The notes beneath the pieces were generated by a model that searched no databases, was not told the DNA's origin, and saw only the letters and a list, made by a program, of their open reading frames with translations. From NCBI GenBank assembly GCA_965238075.1, contig OZ250173.1, positions 96,001 through 160,000 of the forward strand: a stretch of 64,000 nucleotides of DNA. Direction: 5' to 3'. The first letter of the stretch is position 1, and each line of letters opens with the position of its first letter. Shown in pieces: positions 10,281 to 19,385 of this stretch. The translations under genes and the position numbers were made by a program. The stretch comes from Candidatus Entotheonellaceae bacterium (GTDB taxonomy: Bacteria > Tectomicrobia > Entotheonellia > Entotheonellales > Entotheonellaceae).

Positions 10281-11072
10281 TCACGTCACCAGCCGCCGTT
10301 TCAGCAGGCGAATCGCAATCGGCAAAATGACAGCCGTGAGACCCATCATGTACAGCGCTGACCACAGGTGTGTCAGCGCCAGTTGGCCTCTTGCGAACCC
10401 CTGCGCGATGTGCACGCCTGGCGTCAACGGCAGCACCCAGGCCAGGGGTTCCAGAACGTCGGGCAGCACGGCGATCGGGAAGAACGAACCGCTGAAAAAA
10501 TAGAGTGGCGTTGCCACCACGGTGAATACCAGGGAAAGCGTGTGCGTGTTCGGTGACAGCGCCGCGAAGATCAATCCGATAGCGCCGATCTCCATGCCAA
10601 CCAGTATGGCCGCCAGCAGCATGCCGACCGCCCACGGCGACGTGATCCAGCCGAACGCGGCGGCCACTAGGCCCACCGAAACCGTCGTCAACAGCGCGCG
10701 GGTCATCGCCCATGCCACGTCCCCCAGGGCGAGCTCGGTGACGGTGACAGGCGCGGTCAGCACGGTCTCGTAGAACCCGCCGGTGATGCGGTAGAAGACC
10801 CCCCACGAACACTCAAATATAGCGTGGATCATGGCCGAGGCCATGATGATGCCGGGGGCTACGAACACGGAATAGCGCATGCCGTCCTCGACTTCCTCCA
10901 CTAGGCGGCCGATGCCAAACCCCACCGCCACCAATGCGAATGCCGGTTCAACAAGGTACCAGGTCGTCGCCACCTTCCAGATGCGCTTGAGCGCCACGGC
11001 ATGCCGCAGCCACAGCGCCTGCACGCTGCGCCACCGCACGCCGACAATCATGCGTGTTCCTGGTGTCCTCAT
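10281..11072 (-). CDS. ABC-2 type permease (NodJ-like)
   Basis: Six TM helices, FVAPG, FFSGSFFPI, LPLT. Confidence 0.85.
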   Translation of the reverse strand: MRTPGTRMIVGVRWRSVQALWLRHAVALKRIWKVATTWYLVEPAFALVAVGFGIGRLVEEVEDGMRYSVFVAPGIIMASAMIHAIFECSWGVFYRITGGFYETVLTAPVTVTELALGDVAWAMTRALLTTVSVGLVAAAFGWITSPWAVGMLLAAILVGMEIGAIGLIFAALSPNTHTLSLVFTVVATPLYFFSGSFFPIAVLPDVLEPLAWVLPLTPGVHIAQGFARGQLALTHLWSALYMMGLTAVILPIAIRLLKRRLVT

Positions 11073-12061
11073 TCGCCTCCGAGCCCTCTGCCCGCCACCG
11101 CCAGAAACACGTCCTCCAGGTTGCCGGGTCGATAAATGACGCGCGTGCCTTGCAGTGGCGGTATCTGCGGCCGTTGGCCGTTGCGGCCCGCAACGTGAAT
11201 TACCGCGCCGGCCTCGCGCCAGGCGTAGCCGGCCGCGGTCAGCCTGGCCCGGACCTCAGCCCGCGCATCCGTCGTTACGCGTAGCTGCGCCACCTCGTTG
11301 CTGGCGTGCCGCGCGATCAACTCGTCCGGCGTGCCCTCATCCAGAATGCGGCCCAGATGCATGATAGCGATGCGGTCGCACAAGGCCGCTGCTTCCTCCA
11401 TGTAGTGTGTGGACATCAGAATCGTGACGCCCGATGCCTTCAGGGCGGCCAACTTATCCCACACAAGGTTACGGCCCTGCGGGTCCAATCCGGTGGTTGG
11501 CTCGTCGAGGATGATGACGTCCGGTTCCATCATGAAAGCGCGGGCAATCGCCAATCGGCGCTTCATGCCGCCTGACAAGTGATCGATGTCGTCGTTGGCC
11601 CGGTCGCTCAATCCGAAGAACGCCAGCACCTCGGCAGCCCGCCGGCTCGACTCGCGGCGCGACAGGCCCGAGAAGTAACCGTACGTTTCCAGGTTCTGCC
11701 GTACCGTCAGATCGGTATCGAGGCCGTCCTGCTGCGTCACCACGCCGAGCCGCTCGCGCACCGCCCGGCCCTGGCGCGTGACGTCAAGCCCCGCCACTAC
11801 AAGCTCGCCGCTGCTCAGCGGCGACAGGGCGCTCAGCAGGCGCATCAGCGTGGTCTTGCCGGCACCGTTCGGTCCCAGCAGGCCGTAGGTCTCACCCTTC
11901 ATGACGTCGAACGTTACGCCGTCCACGGCCGTCGTGTGGCCAAAACGCTTCACGATATCGCGCCCCCGGATCATCACCTGCGGCTCTGGTCTGAGGGCCG
12001 GTCCAATTGAAATGTCGGTCAATGGATAATCTCGACGGAGTTCAGGGAAGAGATACGTCAT
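11069..12061 (-). CDS. ABC exporter ATP-binding protein (NodI-like); start uncertain
   Basis: GPNGAGKTT, LSGGMKRRL, LDEPTTGLDPQ, THYMEEA. Confidence 0.88.
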   Translation of the reverse strand: MTYLFPELRRDYPLTDISIGPALRPEPQVMIRGRDIVKRFGHTTAVDGVTFDVMKGETYGLLGPNGAGKTTLMRLLSALSPLSSGELVVAGLDVTRQGRAVRERLGVVTQQDGLDTDLTVRQNLETYGYFSGLSRRESSRRAAEVLAFFGLSDRANDDIDHLSGGMKRRLAIARAFMMEPDVIILDEPTTGLDPQGRNLVWDKLAALKASGVTILMSTHYMEEAAALCDRIAIMHLGRILDEGTPDELIARHASNEVAQLRVTTDARAEVRARLTAAGYAWREAGAVIHVAGRNGQRPQIPPLQGTRVIYRPGNLEDVFLAVAGRGLGGE

Positions 12062-12973
12062 CTGCTTGTCGGGAGGCAGCACGGAGAACTGTATTTTTGC
12101 TCTTCGGGTTTGTCAAATTCCCATGTGAATCTTGAACGTCGCGCCCTCGCCGCGTATGATGCCCCCAAATTTCGCGATTCAGAAAATACGCCAACTCCCC
12201 AGCGTTATTTTTCAATTGGAAACTTCATCATTATGCCTTTTTTGCTGCCACCCCTCTCTCGGCATGGATCGGATTCGGCGTCAGTCTTGCCGTCTGTGGC
12301 CTGATCGTGCTGACCAAGGGCTTGCATGGCTCTTTCACGTTCGATACGGAGGTCGGACCGCAGAAGTTTCATGAGAAAGCCACCCCACGCATCGGCGGCG
12401 CGGCGTTATTGCTCGGCTTCTGGGCGGCCGCCCTATTCACCCCACCGCCCACGCGGCAATTGCTGAGCCTCCTCGGCCTGTGTGGTGCCATAGCATTCCT
12501 GGTTGGTTTCGGTGAGGACCTTTGGAAAAAGACTTGGCCTGTTGTGCGCCTGGGGGCGACTGCCGGAGCCGCCTTGTCGTTTTGCCTCCTCACGGGTTAC
12601 CGCGTGACGCGTCTTGAACTCCCGATTGCTGATGAACTGCTGGTGTTCCCGTTTATCTCCATCGCCTTTACGGTCTTTGCCATTGCCGGGTTGATGAATG
12701 CCGTCAACATCATTGACGGATTCCACGGCCTGGCATCGGGCTCCGTCATTCTCATGACGGGCGCTTTCGGCGTTGTTGCCGCGGTCGTCGGGGACACCCA
12801 ACTCTTTCTGGTCGCGGTCATAGTCCTGGCCGTCTTGTTGGTATTCTTGATGTTTAATTTCCCGTTCGGCTACCTTTTCTTGGGAGACGGCGGCGCCTAT
12901 CTATCCGGATTTTGGCTGGCCTGCCTGGCAGTCATGCTGCCGGAACGCAATCCTGAGGTGTCGGCTTGTCTTA

Positions 12974-13899
12974 GAACTTATCCTTAAATAGAAATAATCT
13001 TCCTGTACGTGATGATAGCAGCGGCCAATTGCAGCAGGGCGACATGGGTCGCATGGTATTTCTCGAACCGAACCAGGAGCTTGCGAAACCGGTTGAACCA
13101 TGAATGGCTCACTTCAACAATCCATCTCCTGGCCTTATAGCCAGGATTGGCTTTTTTCTCCCGAATCTCTTCACCCCGTTGCTTCACGTACGGCACGTAG
13201 CCATGCGAGACGATAATCCCTAAGGCCGCTTTACCACTGTAACCTTTGTCCGCACACAAGTGCTGTTCAAGACCCTGGGGTCGAACCATGACGATTGCTT
13301 CCAAGACCCTTTCGAGTTGGCTGACATCATGCCGGTTCGCTCCAGTTACGACGAGCGATAGCGGGGCGCCACGACCGTCGACCAACAAGTGACGCTTGCT
13401 ACCTTTTTTTCCCCCTGTCGGTGGGGTTTCGACCCACGCTTTGCTGGGCCAGTGGGGCTTTGACCATGGCGCCGTCTATGCTTTGCCATCGCCAGGCGAT
13501 GCCTTCCATGTCGTCGTATTCGGCTAGCCCGGCTCGCCACAAAGACAAGAAGAACCCCGCTTCGGTCCAGCGCATAAAATGGGCATGGATGGCACTGGGG
13601 CTGCCATATGTTTCCTTGGGCAGGGCTTTCCATTGACAGCCGGTGCGCAAGACATAGACGATGGCCTCGAAGACACGTCGTGGCGCTATGGGTTTTCTAC
13701 CGGCGCCGGGTTTGCGCTTGTAGGTCTTGTTCGGGTCGCGTTTGGGGAGTGGTATGAGGGGCTCGACTTTAGCCCAGAAGGAATCCGATACTTCCCACGA
13801 GTGTAGGGTTGCCATAGAGTCTCCATGCGCTCCGGGTTGAACGTGAAGACGAAGACAGGATAGGACATACCAAATACCATGCTATTTAAGGATAGGTTC
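12974..13899 (-). mobile_element. IS5-family insertion sequence, 926 bp, two-ORF type
   Basis: 18-bp TIRs GAACTTATCCTTAAATAG / CTATTTAAGGATAGGTTC (1 mismatch), TTA duplicated at 12971-12973 and 13900-13902. Confidence 0.93.
12984..13815 (-). CDS. IS5 transposase, ORFs 13399-13815 and 12984-13388 joined by a frameshift at G5A7 (13404-13415)
   Basis: YVLRTGCQW, IDG, DRGKK/GSKRHLLVDGRG, ADKGY, RWIVE...WFNRFRKL. Confidence 0.88.
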
Positions 13900-14362
13900 T
13901 TAGTCTCCTCATCGTTATCTATCCGGTGATTGAAACGATGTATTCGATTTTTCGCAAGATCGTTCGCCAAAGGCGTAGTCCACTGCAGCCAGTTGGGTTG
14001 CACCTGCACATGCTCGTGCACCGCAGTTTCGCCAAGTCGATAGGTCAAGCCTCGCGTCGTCCCCAGTTGATCAACCCATCGACTAGCGCCCTGCTTGGTG
14101 CCTCTGCCTGCCGGGGCTGCTGATCGCCATTGCCGCGCCGCACCAACAACTGTGGCTGATCGCCGGCATTGCCCTGCAAATTGCGCTGTATTCGGCGGTT
14201 TACCGCGGGGCCTTGGCTTTCCGTTCCTTCCGCTTGGTGCAGTCCACCACCAACGGGCAATATCCCGTGCTATCAGGCAAGGCATCCAAGACGTCACAGC
14301 AAGCTGATTGAGTGCGTAGTGCCGCCTGCTGTTCCTTTCGAAACCCTCATTTAGGAGAACCA

Positions 14363-15505
14363 ATGGGACCGCTCAAGGGGGTGAAAATCATTGAATTCGG
14401 TGGCATCGGACCGGCGCCCATGTGCGCGATGCTGCTCGCCGATATGGGCGCAGAGATTCTGCGCATCGACCGCCTGCAGCCGTCCAACCTGGGCATTCCG
14501 GTGCCGCCGCGTTATGCGGTGATGGAACGCAGCCGCCGCTCGATTGCCGTCGATCTCAAGAATCCCCAGGGGCTGGAGGCCGTGCGGCGCCTGCTGGATC
14601 AGGCGGATGCGTTGATCGAAGGCTTTCGGCCCGGCGTGATGGAGCGGCTGGGACTCGGCCCCGAAACGTGCCTGGCGCGCAACCCGCGTCTCGTTTTTGG
14701 CCGCGTGACCGGGTGGGGACAGGAAGGCCCGCTGGCGCAGGCGGCCGGGCACGATATCAACTACATCAGCCTGACCGGCGCTGCGCACGCCATTGGCAGA
14801 CCGGGACAGCCACCGCCGCCGCCTCTCAATCTGATTGGCGATTTCGGCGGTGGGGCGCTGTATCTGGCGTTGGGCATCGTCGCGGCGCTTCTGGAAACGC
14901 GTAGCTCGGGCAAGGGCCAGGTGGTGGACGCCGCCATGGTGGATGGCGCCGCGTCGCTGATGGCCTCGACCTACGGCATGTACGCCGCCGGCCGGATTGA
15001 CAACCGCCGGGGTGAGAACCTCCTGGACGGTGGCGCCCACTTCTACGATGCCTACGAAACCGCCGACGGCAAGTACATTTCCATCGCCGCAATTGAGGCC
15101 AAGTTCTACGCCGACCTGCTGAACCGCCTCGGCTTGTCCGACGAGGACCTGCCGCCTCAGATGGAGCGCGACCGCTGGCCCGAACTCAAGGAGCGTCTGG
15201 CGAAACTCTTCCGCGCCAAGACCCGCCAGCAGTGGTGCGACATCCTGGAAGGCACGGACGTCTGCTTTGCGCCGGTTCTCGACCTCGACGAGGCGCCTCG
15301 GCATCCCCACAACGTCGTTCGCCAGACGTTCGTCGAAATCGAGGGCGTCAAACAGCCGGCTCCCGCCCCGCGCTTCAGCCGCACCCCGGCGCGCATCCAA
15401 AGCGCACCGGCGGCCCCGGGCCAACACACCGAGGAAGGTCTCCGGGATTGGGGATTTTCTCAGGAAGAGGTGGCCCATTTACGCGCCGCCGAAGCCATCG
15501 CATAG
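14363..15505 (+). CDS. CaiB/BaiF CoA-transferase family III protein (alpha-methylacyl-CoA racemase-like)
   Basis: [49 protein letters not shown]. Confidence 0.92.
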   Translation: MGPLKGVKIIEFGGIGPAPMCAMLLADMGAEILRIDRLQPSNLGIPVPPRYAVMERSRRSIAVDLKNPQGLEAVRRLLDQADALIEGFRPGVMERLGLGPETCLARNPRLVFGRVTGWGQEGPLAQAAGHDINYISLTGAAHAIGRPGQPPPPPLNLIGDFGGGALYLALGIVAALLETRSSGKGQVVDAAMVDGAASLMASTYGMYAAGRIDNRRGENLLDGGAHFYDAYETADGKYISIAAIEAKFYADLLNRLGLSDEDLPPQMERDRWPELKERLAKLFRAKTRQQWCDILEGTDVCFAPVLDLDEAPRHPHNVVRQTFVEIEGVKQPAPAPRFSRTPARIQSAPAAPGQHTEEGLRDWGFSQEEVAHLRAAEAIA

Positions 15506-15535
15506 GCAAAACGCAAAACGCAAAACGCAAAACGC
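15506..15535 (+). repeat. Heptamer tandem repeat (GCAAAAC)x4
   Basis: Four perfect copies directly after the stop codon. Confidence 0.9.
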
Positions 15536-15558
15536 GACATATCAAAAGGAGAGTCAGA

Positions 15559-15984
15559 ATGGATTTTCCCCAGGCCCGCCCGTTTCTCGAACATCATCAC
15601 TGGGGCATCGTGACCACCCATCAGCGCAACGGCGCCGCTCAAAACAGCATTGTTTACTGCGGCGCGTACCAGGATCAGGCTGTGTTCGTGGCGGTGTACG
15701 GAAAGTCCGCCAAGGTGCGCAACTTACGTCGTGACCCGCGCTGCACCGTGCTTGCCGTATCCAAGGACTGGCGCAGTTGGGTGACCGTGGAAGGCGAAGT
15801 GGAACTGTTTGATTATGCCAACATGGAAGCCGAGAAAATGCGGGTTTTGTTCCGCGAGATGTTTCGCGCCTGCGGCGACCACGAGCATCCCGATTGGGAA
15901 GATTACGACCGTGCCATGGTGGACCAGGGGGCCGTGGGCGTGTTGGTTCGCCCGCAGCGGGTGTACGGCCTGCTTCGCAACTGA
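15559..15984 (+). CDS. PPOX-class (possibly F420-dependent) oxidoreductase
   Basis: T..RNG..Q.S, AKVRNLRRDPR, WVTVEG, H.DWEDYDRAM. AGGAG RBS. Confidence 0.82.
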   Translation: MDFPQARPFLEHHHWGIVTTHQRNGAAQNSIVYCGAYQDQAVFVAVYGKSAKVRNLRRDPRCTVLAVSKDWRSWVTVEGEVELFDYANMEAEKMRVLFREMFRACGDHEHPDWEDYDRAMVDQGAVGVLVRPQRVYGLLRN

Positions 15985-15992
15985 CCCTCGCC

Positions 15993-16811
15993 TCATGCCT
16001 GCGCGACGATAAACAATCGGCGGAAGGGATACAGGGTTTGCCCCCCCGGTCGTTGCGGATACGCGTCGCGCAGCGCCCGCTGGTACGCGTCAAGAAATAC
16101 CCGCCTGTCGGCCTCCCTGAGGCCGTTCAAAATGGGGCGCAAGCCGGTGCCTTTGACCCACTCCAGCACCGGGTTCTGGCCTGTCAAAACCTGAAGATAC
16201 TCTGTTTCCCAAATGTCGAGCCGTTTGCCAAGCGGCGACAGCAGGTCGTAGTAGACCTCGGCGTCCTCGACCCACTTGCGCCGCACCGCGGCCAGCACGG
16301 TTGCATCGCCCACCGGCGTACCGTTGGGTCCGCCGTGTTCGAGGGTATGCCGCATCAAGCGGTGCGACGGTATATCCCAGCTCAGCGGCATCTGCACGGC
16401 CAGGCAGCCGCCAGGGTTGACGCAGCCCATTAGGCGTGGAAACAGGTCGCGATGGCCGTCGAGCCACTGCAGGGTAGCGTTGGAATAAATCAAGTCGGGA
16501 GCCTGGCGCGGCACCCAGTCGCGGATATCGGCCTCCAGCCAGTGTACCGGCGACGGCTCGGCGGCGGCCTGGGCTAGCATTTCCGGTGATTGGTCGAGGC
16601 CGTACACGGTAGCTGAGGGCCACTGTTGCGACATCAGACGTGCGATGTGCCCGGAACCGCAGCCCAGGTCATAGATCACGCACGGCGCGGCAAGGGGCAC
16701 CCGGCCCAGCAGTTCCAGCCCCGGGCGCAGGCGGTGGTCGGCGAACTTCAGGTATTGATTCGGATCCCAGTGCGTCCCGGCCACTTCACCCTGGTGCGGC
16801 CTGCCCGACAT
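15993..16811 (-). CDS. tam: Trans-aconitate 2-methyltransferase
   Basis: WDPNQYLKF, DLGCGSG, SNATLQW, LAVQMP, WVKGTGLRP, PFRRLFIVA. Confidence 0.88.
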   Translation of the reverse strand: MSGRPHQGEVAGTHWDPNQYLKFADHRLRPGLELLGRVPLAAPCVIYDLGCGSGHIARLMSQQWPSATVYGLDQSPEMLAQAAAEPSPVHWLEADIRDWVPRQAPDLIYSNATLQWLDGHRDLFPRLMGCVNPGGCLAVQMPLSWDIPSHRLMRHTLEHGGPNGTPVGDATVLAAVRRKWVEDAEVYYDLLSPLGKRLDIWETEYLQVLTGQNPVLEWVKGTGLRPILNGLREADRRVFLDAYQRALRDAYPQRPGGQTLYPFRRLFIVAQA

Positions 16812-16925
16812 GCTTTCTCCTCTCTCGTACTGTGCCTTGACACGATTTAACGGGGCTGTGATAGTTGCTCCCCGCATTTTGGTTTTCGACCTCTCGACCC
16901 CACCGTGGAAACAGGAGCGCATCTT

Positions 16926-17348
16926 ATGCAGGACTCCAAGCCATCCCGGAGCCGCGGCATTGGCTTCGTCATTGTCTGTATCGTCGTGCTCGGCACTGGC
17001 GTTTACCTGAACGTCGGGTTCAACGGCAAGATCGCCGACTTGCAAGCCGACCTCCATGAGCGTTTCAAAGCGCTGTCAGAGGAAACCACCGGCGTCAAAC
17101 CCGAAATCCAGACGAACCGGGGCGCCTTGACACGGCTTGATGACGGTCTCATCTCTCTCGAATCCCGGGTCAAAAGCGTCTCGGCACTCGCCACGCAGAC
17201 GCACGACATGCTGTTCCAACAAATCGGCATGCAGAAGGAGCGGGACGCCACCCTCAGTGCTCTGGTTGAAACCAACCGCGAATTGCAACGTCAGATCGAC
17301 ACCCTGCTCGGTATTACGCAAGCACAGCAAGAGCAGGCGTCCGAGTAG
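16926..17348 (+). CDS. Single-TM coiled-coil hypothetical protein
   Basis: AGGAG RBS, N-terminal TM (IGFVIVCIVVLGTGVYL), heptad-rich remainder. Confidence 0.65.
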   Translation: MQDSKPSRSRGIGFVIVCIVVLGTGVYLNVGFNGKIADLQADLHERFKALSEETTGVKPEIQTNRGALTRLDDGLISLESRVKSVSALATQTHDMLFQQIGMQKERDATLSALVETNRELQRQIDTLLGITQAQQEQASE

Positions 17349-17384
17349 TGCGACGGTCAATTCGTTTGCGCTTCAGGGCTTCCG

Positions 17385-18737
17385 TCATCCGTTCCTGGCG
17401 TGCCGGCGGTAGATTCTCTTGATCTGCGTCTCCGCCTTTTTCGCTGCCTGCTCCGCCGTCATGCGGCCCGTTGCGTGTGCCGCTGCGACGTCCGGGATGA
17501 TGAACTGATTCGCCACGGCCTGTGCCGCCGCGGTCGGTACGCCGGGCCATCCTATCGCATGAACATAGCTGGACATGTACGGCGCGAAGTAGAACTTGGG
17601 ATTGGAGGCATAGATCGGGTGCATCGAGAATGCCTTCAGGAACGGCTGGTTGTATCCGAGGCTGGCGGTGAGGAATTTCTCCTGCTGTTCCTTCTCGAAG
17701 TGCCATTCGAAAAATTCCTTAGCGAGCTCTTGCACTTTCGACCACTTCCAGATGCCGATGCCGATATGCCCCGCCGGCCCGTGCCGCCCCGCCGGTCCCT
17801 TGGGCGGCATGATGTGGTTGATAACCGTGTGGATGGGGCGCTCGGTACCCGGAATCATGGCGTTGTCCTGCCGTGCCGAGTTGTAGGCGCTGATCGGATT
17901 GAGAATCATGCTGCACCTGCCGGAATTGAGGCACACGTTGTTGTTGCGGTCGTCCCAGGCGAGCACCTCTTCTTCCATGCAGTCCTGATAGAGCGCCTTG
18001 ATAAATTTCAACGCCTCGATGGTCTCCTTGGAATTGATGGCCACCGTCTTGCTGTCGTCCTCGACGAGCTTGCCGCCCCAACTCCAGATGATGGCACGCA
18101 TCGAGCCGTTGGCGTCGGCGCCGTGAGATAACGGAAATCCAACGGGATGGCCCTTGGCCTTCAGCTTTTTGCCGATGCGGTGTACGTCCTCCCAAGTGTC
18201 CGGCAGGTTCTCGCCGATCTCTGCGATCAGGTCCGTTCGTAGTGCCAGCGGGCCGGTGATGAAGTACCACGGCAAGGCGCGGTAATGGCCGTCGCGGCCC
18301 TTGCCGACGATGGTGTTGCTATAACCGCCGGCGCGGCGGCCGATTTTGTCGTGCAGGTCGTCGAGATTGACCAGGTGTTTGGAGTACAAATGCGGGTTGG
18401 CATCGGCGGCAATCGTGATGTCGTGGCCCTTCTGCCCCTGCACCTCACTCGCCATGATGGCGGGCAACTGCAGGTGGGCCACGCGGTCCATGCGCACCTT
18501 GACACCCGTCATCGCGCCGAACTCCTCGAGTTGCCGCTTCAGTTCGGCGTCCGAAGTCGGCACGAAGTGGGACCACGTCAGCAATTTCAGTTCCCGCTCC
18601 TGCGCCATCAAGGGGGCTGTCTTGGCCAGCAGCATACCGGCGAGGCCGGCCGTCGCTGCCGTCGAGGCGCGCAGAAACGCCCGCCGCTTGAGGGAATTGT
18701 CATCGGATCGGACCGTGTGGGACGTTTCGGGTAGCAT
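17385..18737 (-). CDS. Tat-exported extracellular solute-binding protein (sugar-type, SBP_bac_1/8)
   Basis: KRRAFL Tat motif, LLTWSHFVP, PDTWED, WDDRNNN. GGAGG RBS. Confidence 0.88.
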   Translation of the reverse strand: MLPETSHTVRSDDNSLKRRAFLRASTAATAGLAGMLLAKTAPLMAQERELKLLTWSHFVPTSDAELKRQLEEFGAMTGVKVRMDRVAHLQLPAIMASEVQGQKGHDITIAADANPHLYSKHLVNLDDLHDKIGRRAGGYSNTIVGKGRDGHYRALPWYFITGPLALRTDLIAEIGENLPDTWEDVHRIGKKLKAKGHPVGFPLSHGADANGSMRAIIWSWGGKLVEDDSKTVAINSKETIEALKFIKALYQDCMEEEVLAWDDRNNNVCLNSGRCSMILNPISAYNSARQDNAMIPGTERPIHTVINHIMPPKGPAGRHGPAGHIGIGIWKWSKVQELAKEFFEWHFEKEQQEKFLTASLGYNQPFLKAFSMHPIYASNPKFYFAPYMSSYVHAIGWPGVPTAAAQAVANQFIIPDVAAAHATGRMTAEQAAKKAETQIKRIYRRHARNG

Positions 18738-18887
18738 GCGCCACCTCCATGTAAAGACTGTTTACGCTGTTACCCGCAGCGCGGCGTTGTTGGCCGGCCG
18801 GCTGAATGGCCCGCGGCTTGAGGGCGCATATTGTAGCACCATATACCGCTGCGGCTGGCTTGAACCGAACAGCCACATAAGAGGCGC

Positions 18888-18916
18888 TTGACACGGCCAG
18901 AAAATTTGGCTACGTT
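18888..18916 (+). promoter_or_regulatory. Sigma70-type promoter
   Basis: TTGACA (18888-18893), 17-bp spacer, TACGTT (18911-18916). Confidence 0.65.
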
Positions 18917-18977
18917 ACCGCCCGCAAGTCACTCGTAACGAGATTTGTTCACATTTCGCAATTGCAAGAGGGAGACA

Positions 18978-19217
18978 ATGGTGAAGAAGGTACTGACTCT
19001 CATCCTGGCGTTGGGCCTGTTGGTGGCCTTTTCGAGTGTTGCGGTTGCCGGCATATGCGGCGGGCCGAAGATTACCCTGACGCAAGCCAATGCTGACCCC
19101 ACCAACACGCAGCAAAACGACCAGATCGTCGTGGCTCAGGCGGAAATGACGCAAGACACCTCCCCCGTCGAGGGTACCGACGACGAGAAAACGGACGACG
19201 AGAATACCAGCAACTAA
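18978..19217 (+). CDS. Small secreted acidic protein (79 aa)
   Basis: GGAG RBS, Sec signal MVKKVLTLILALGLLVAFSSVAVA, low-complexity T/Q/D/E mature part, own promoter and terminator. Confidence 0.72.
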   Translation: MVKKVLTLILALGLLVAFSSVAVAGICGGPKITLTQANADPTNTQQNDQIVVAQAEMTQDTSPVEGTDDEKTDDENTSN

Positions 19218-19234
19218 CCGTCCCACCGTTTTTG

Positions 19235-19271
19235 CAGGCCCTAGGCGGCTCCCGCTGCCGGGGCCTGTTTT
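19235..19271 (+). terminator. Intrinsic terminator-like hairpin
   Basis: CAGGCCC..GGCGGC-TCCC-GCTGCC.GGGCCTG followed by TTTT. Confidence 0.6.
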
Positions 19272-19385
19272 CGGTTTGATTTCCTTCAGCACGTCAATGA
19301 ATCGCAAGCCAATCCGATATTCCCCGGCGTTTTTCCTTTGCACACTTGACACTGCCAGCCTGCAAATTCTTACCCATTTGCCGCG

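Larger units (their letters stand above)
12233..14230 (+). pseudogene. MraY/WecA-like (Glycos_transf_4) polyprenyl-phosphate HexNAc-1-P transferase, IS-interrupted and frameshifted
   Basis: TPRIGG, NAVNIIDGFHGL, FLGDGGAY motifs before the IS. Frame resumes after the IS (SLLIVIYPVIETMYSIFRK...HLHML). Extra frameshifts near 12240 and 14095. 3' end approximate. Confidence 0.88.

Noticed and set aside
10281-12061. True nodulation genes nodIJ
   Set aside because: No nodABC or nod box; generic ABC-2 exporter of the same family.
15506-15535. CRISPR array
   Set aside because: 7-bp tandem units without spacers; no cas genes or repeat-spacer structure anywhere in the window.
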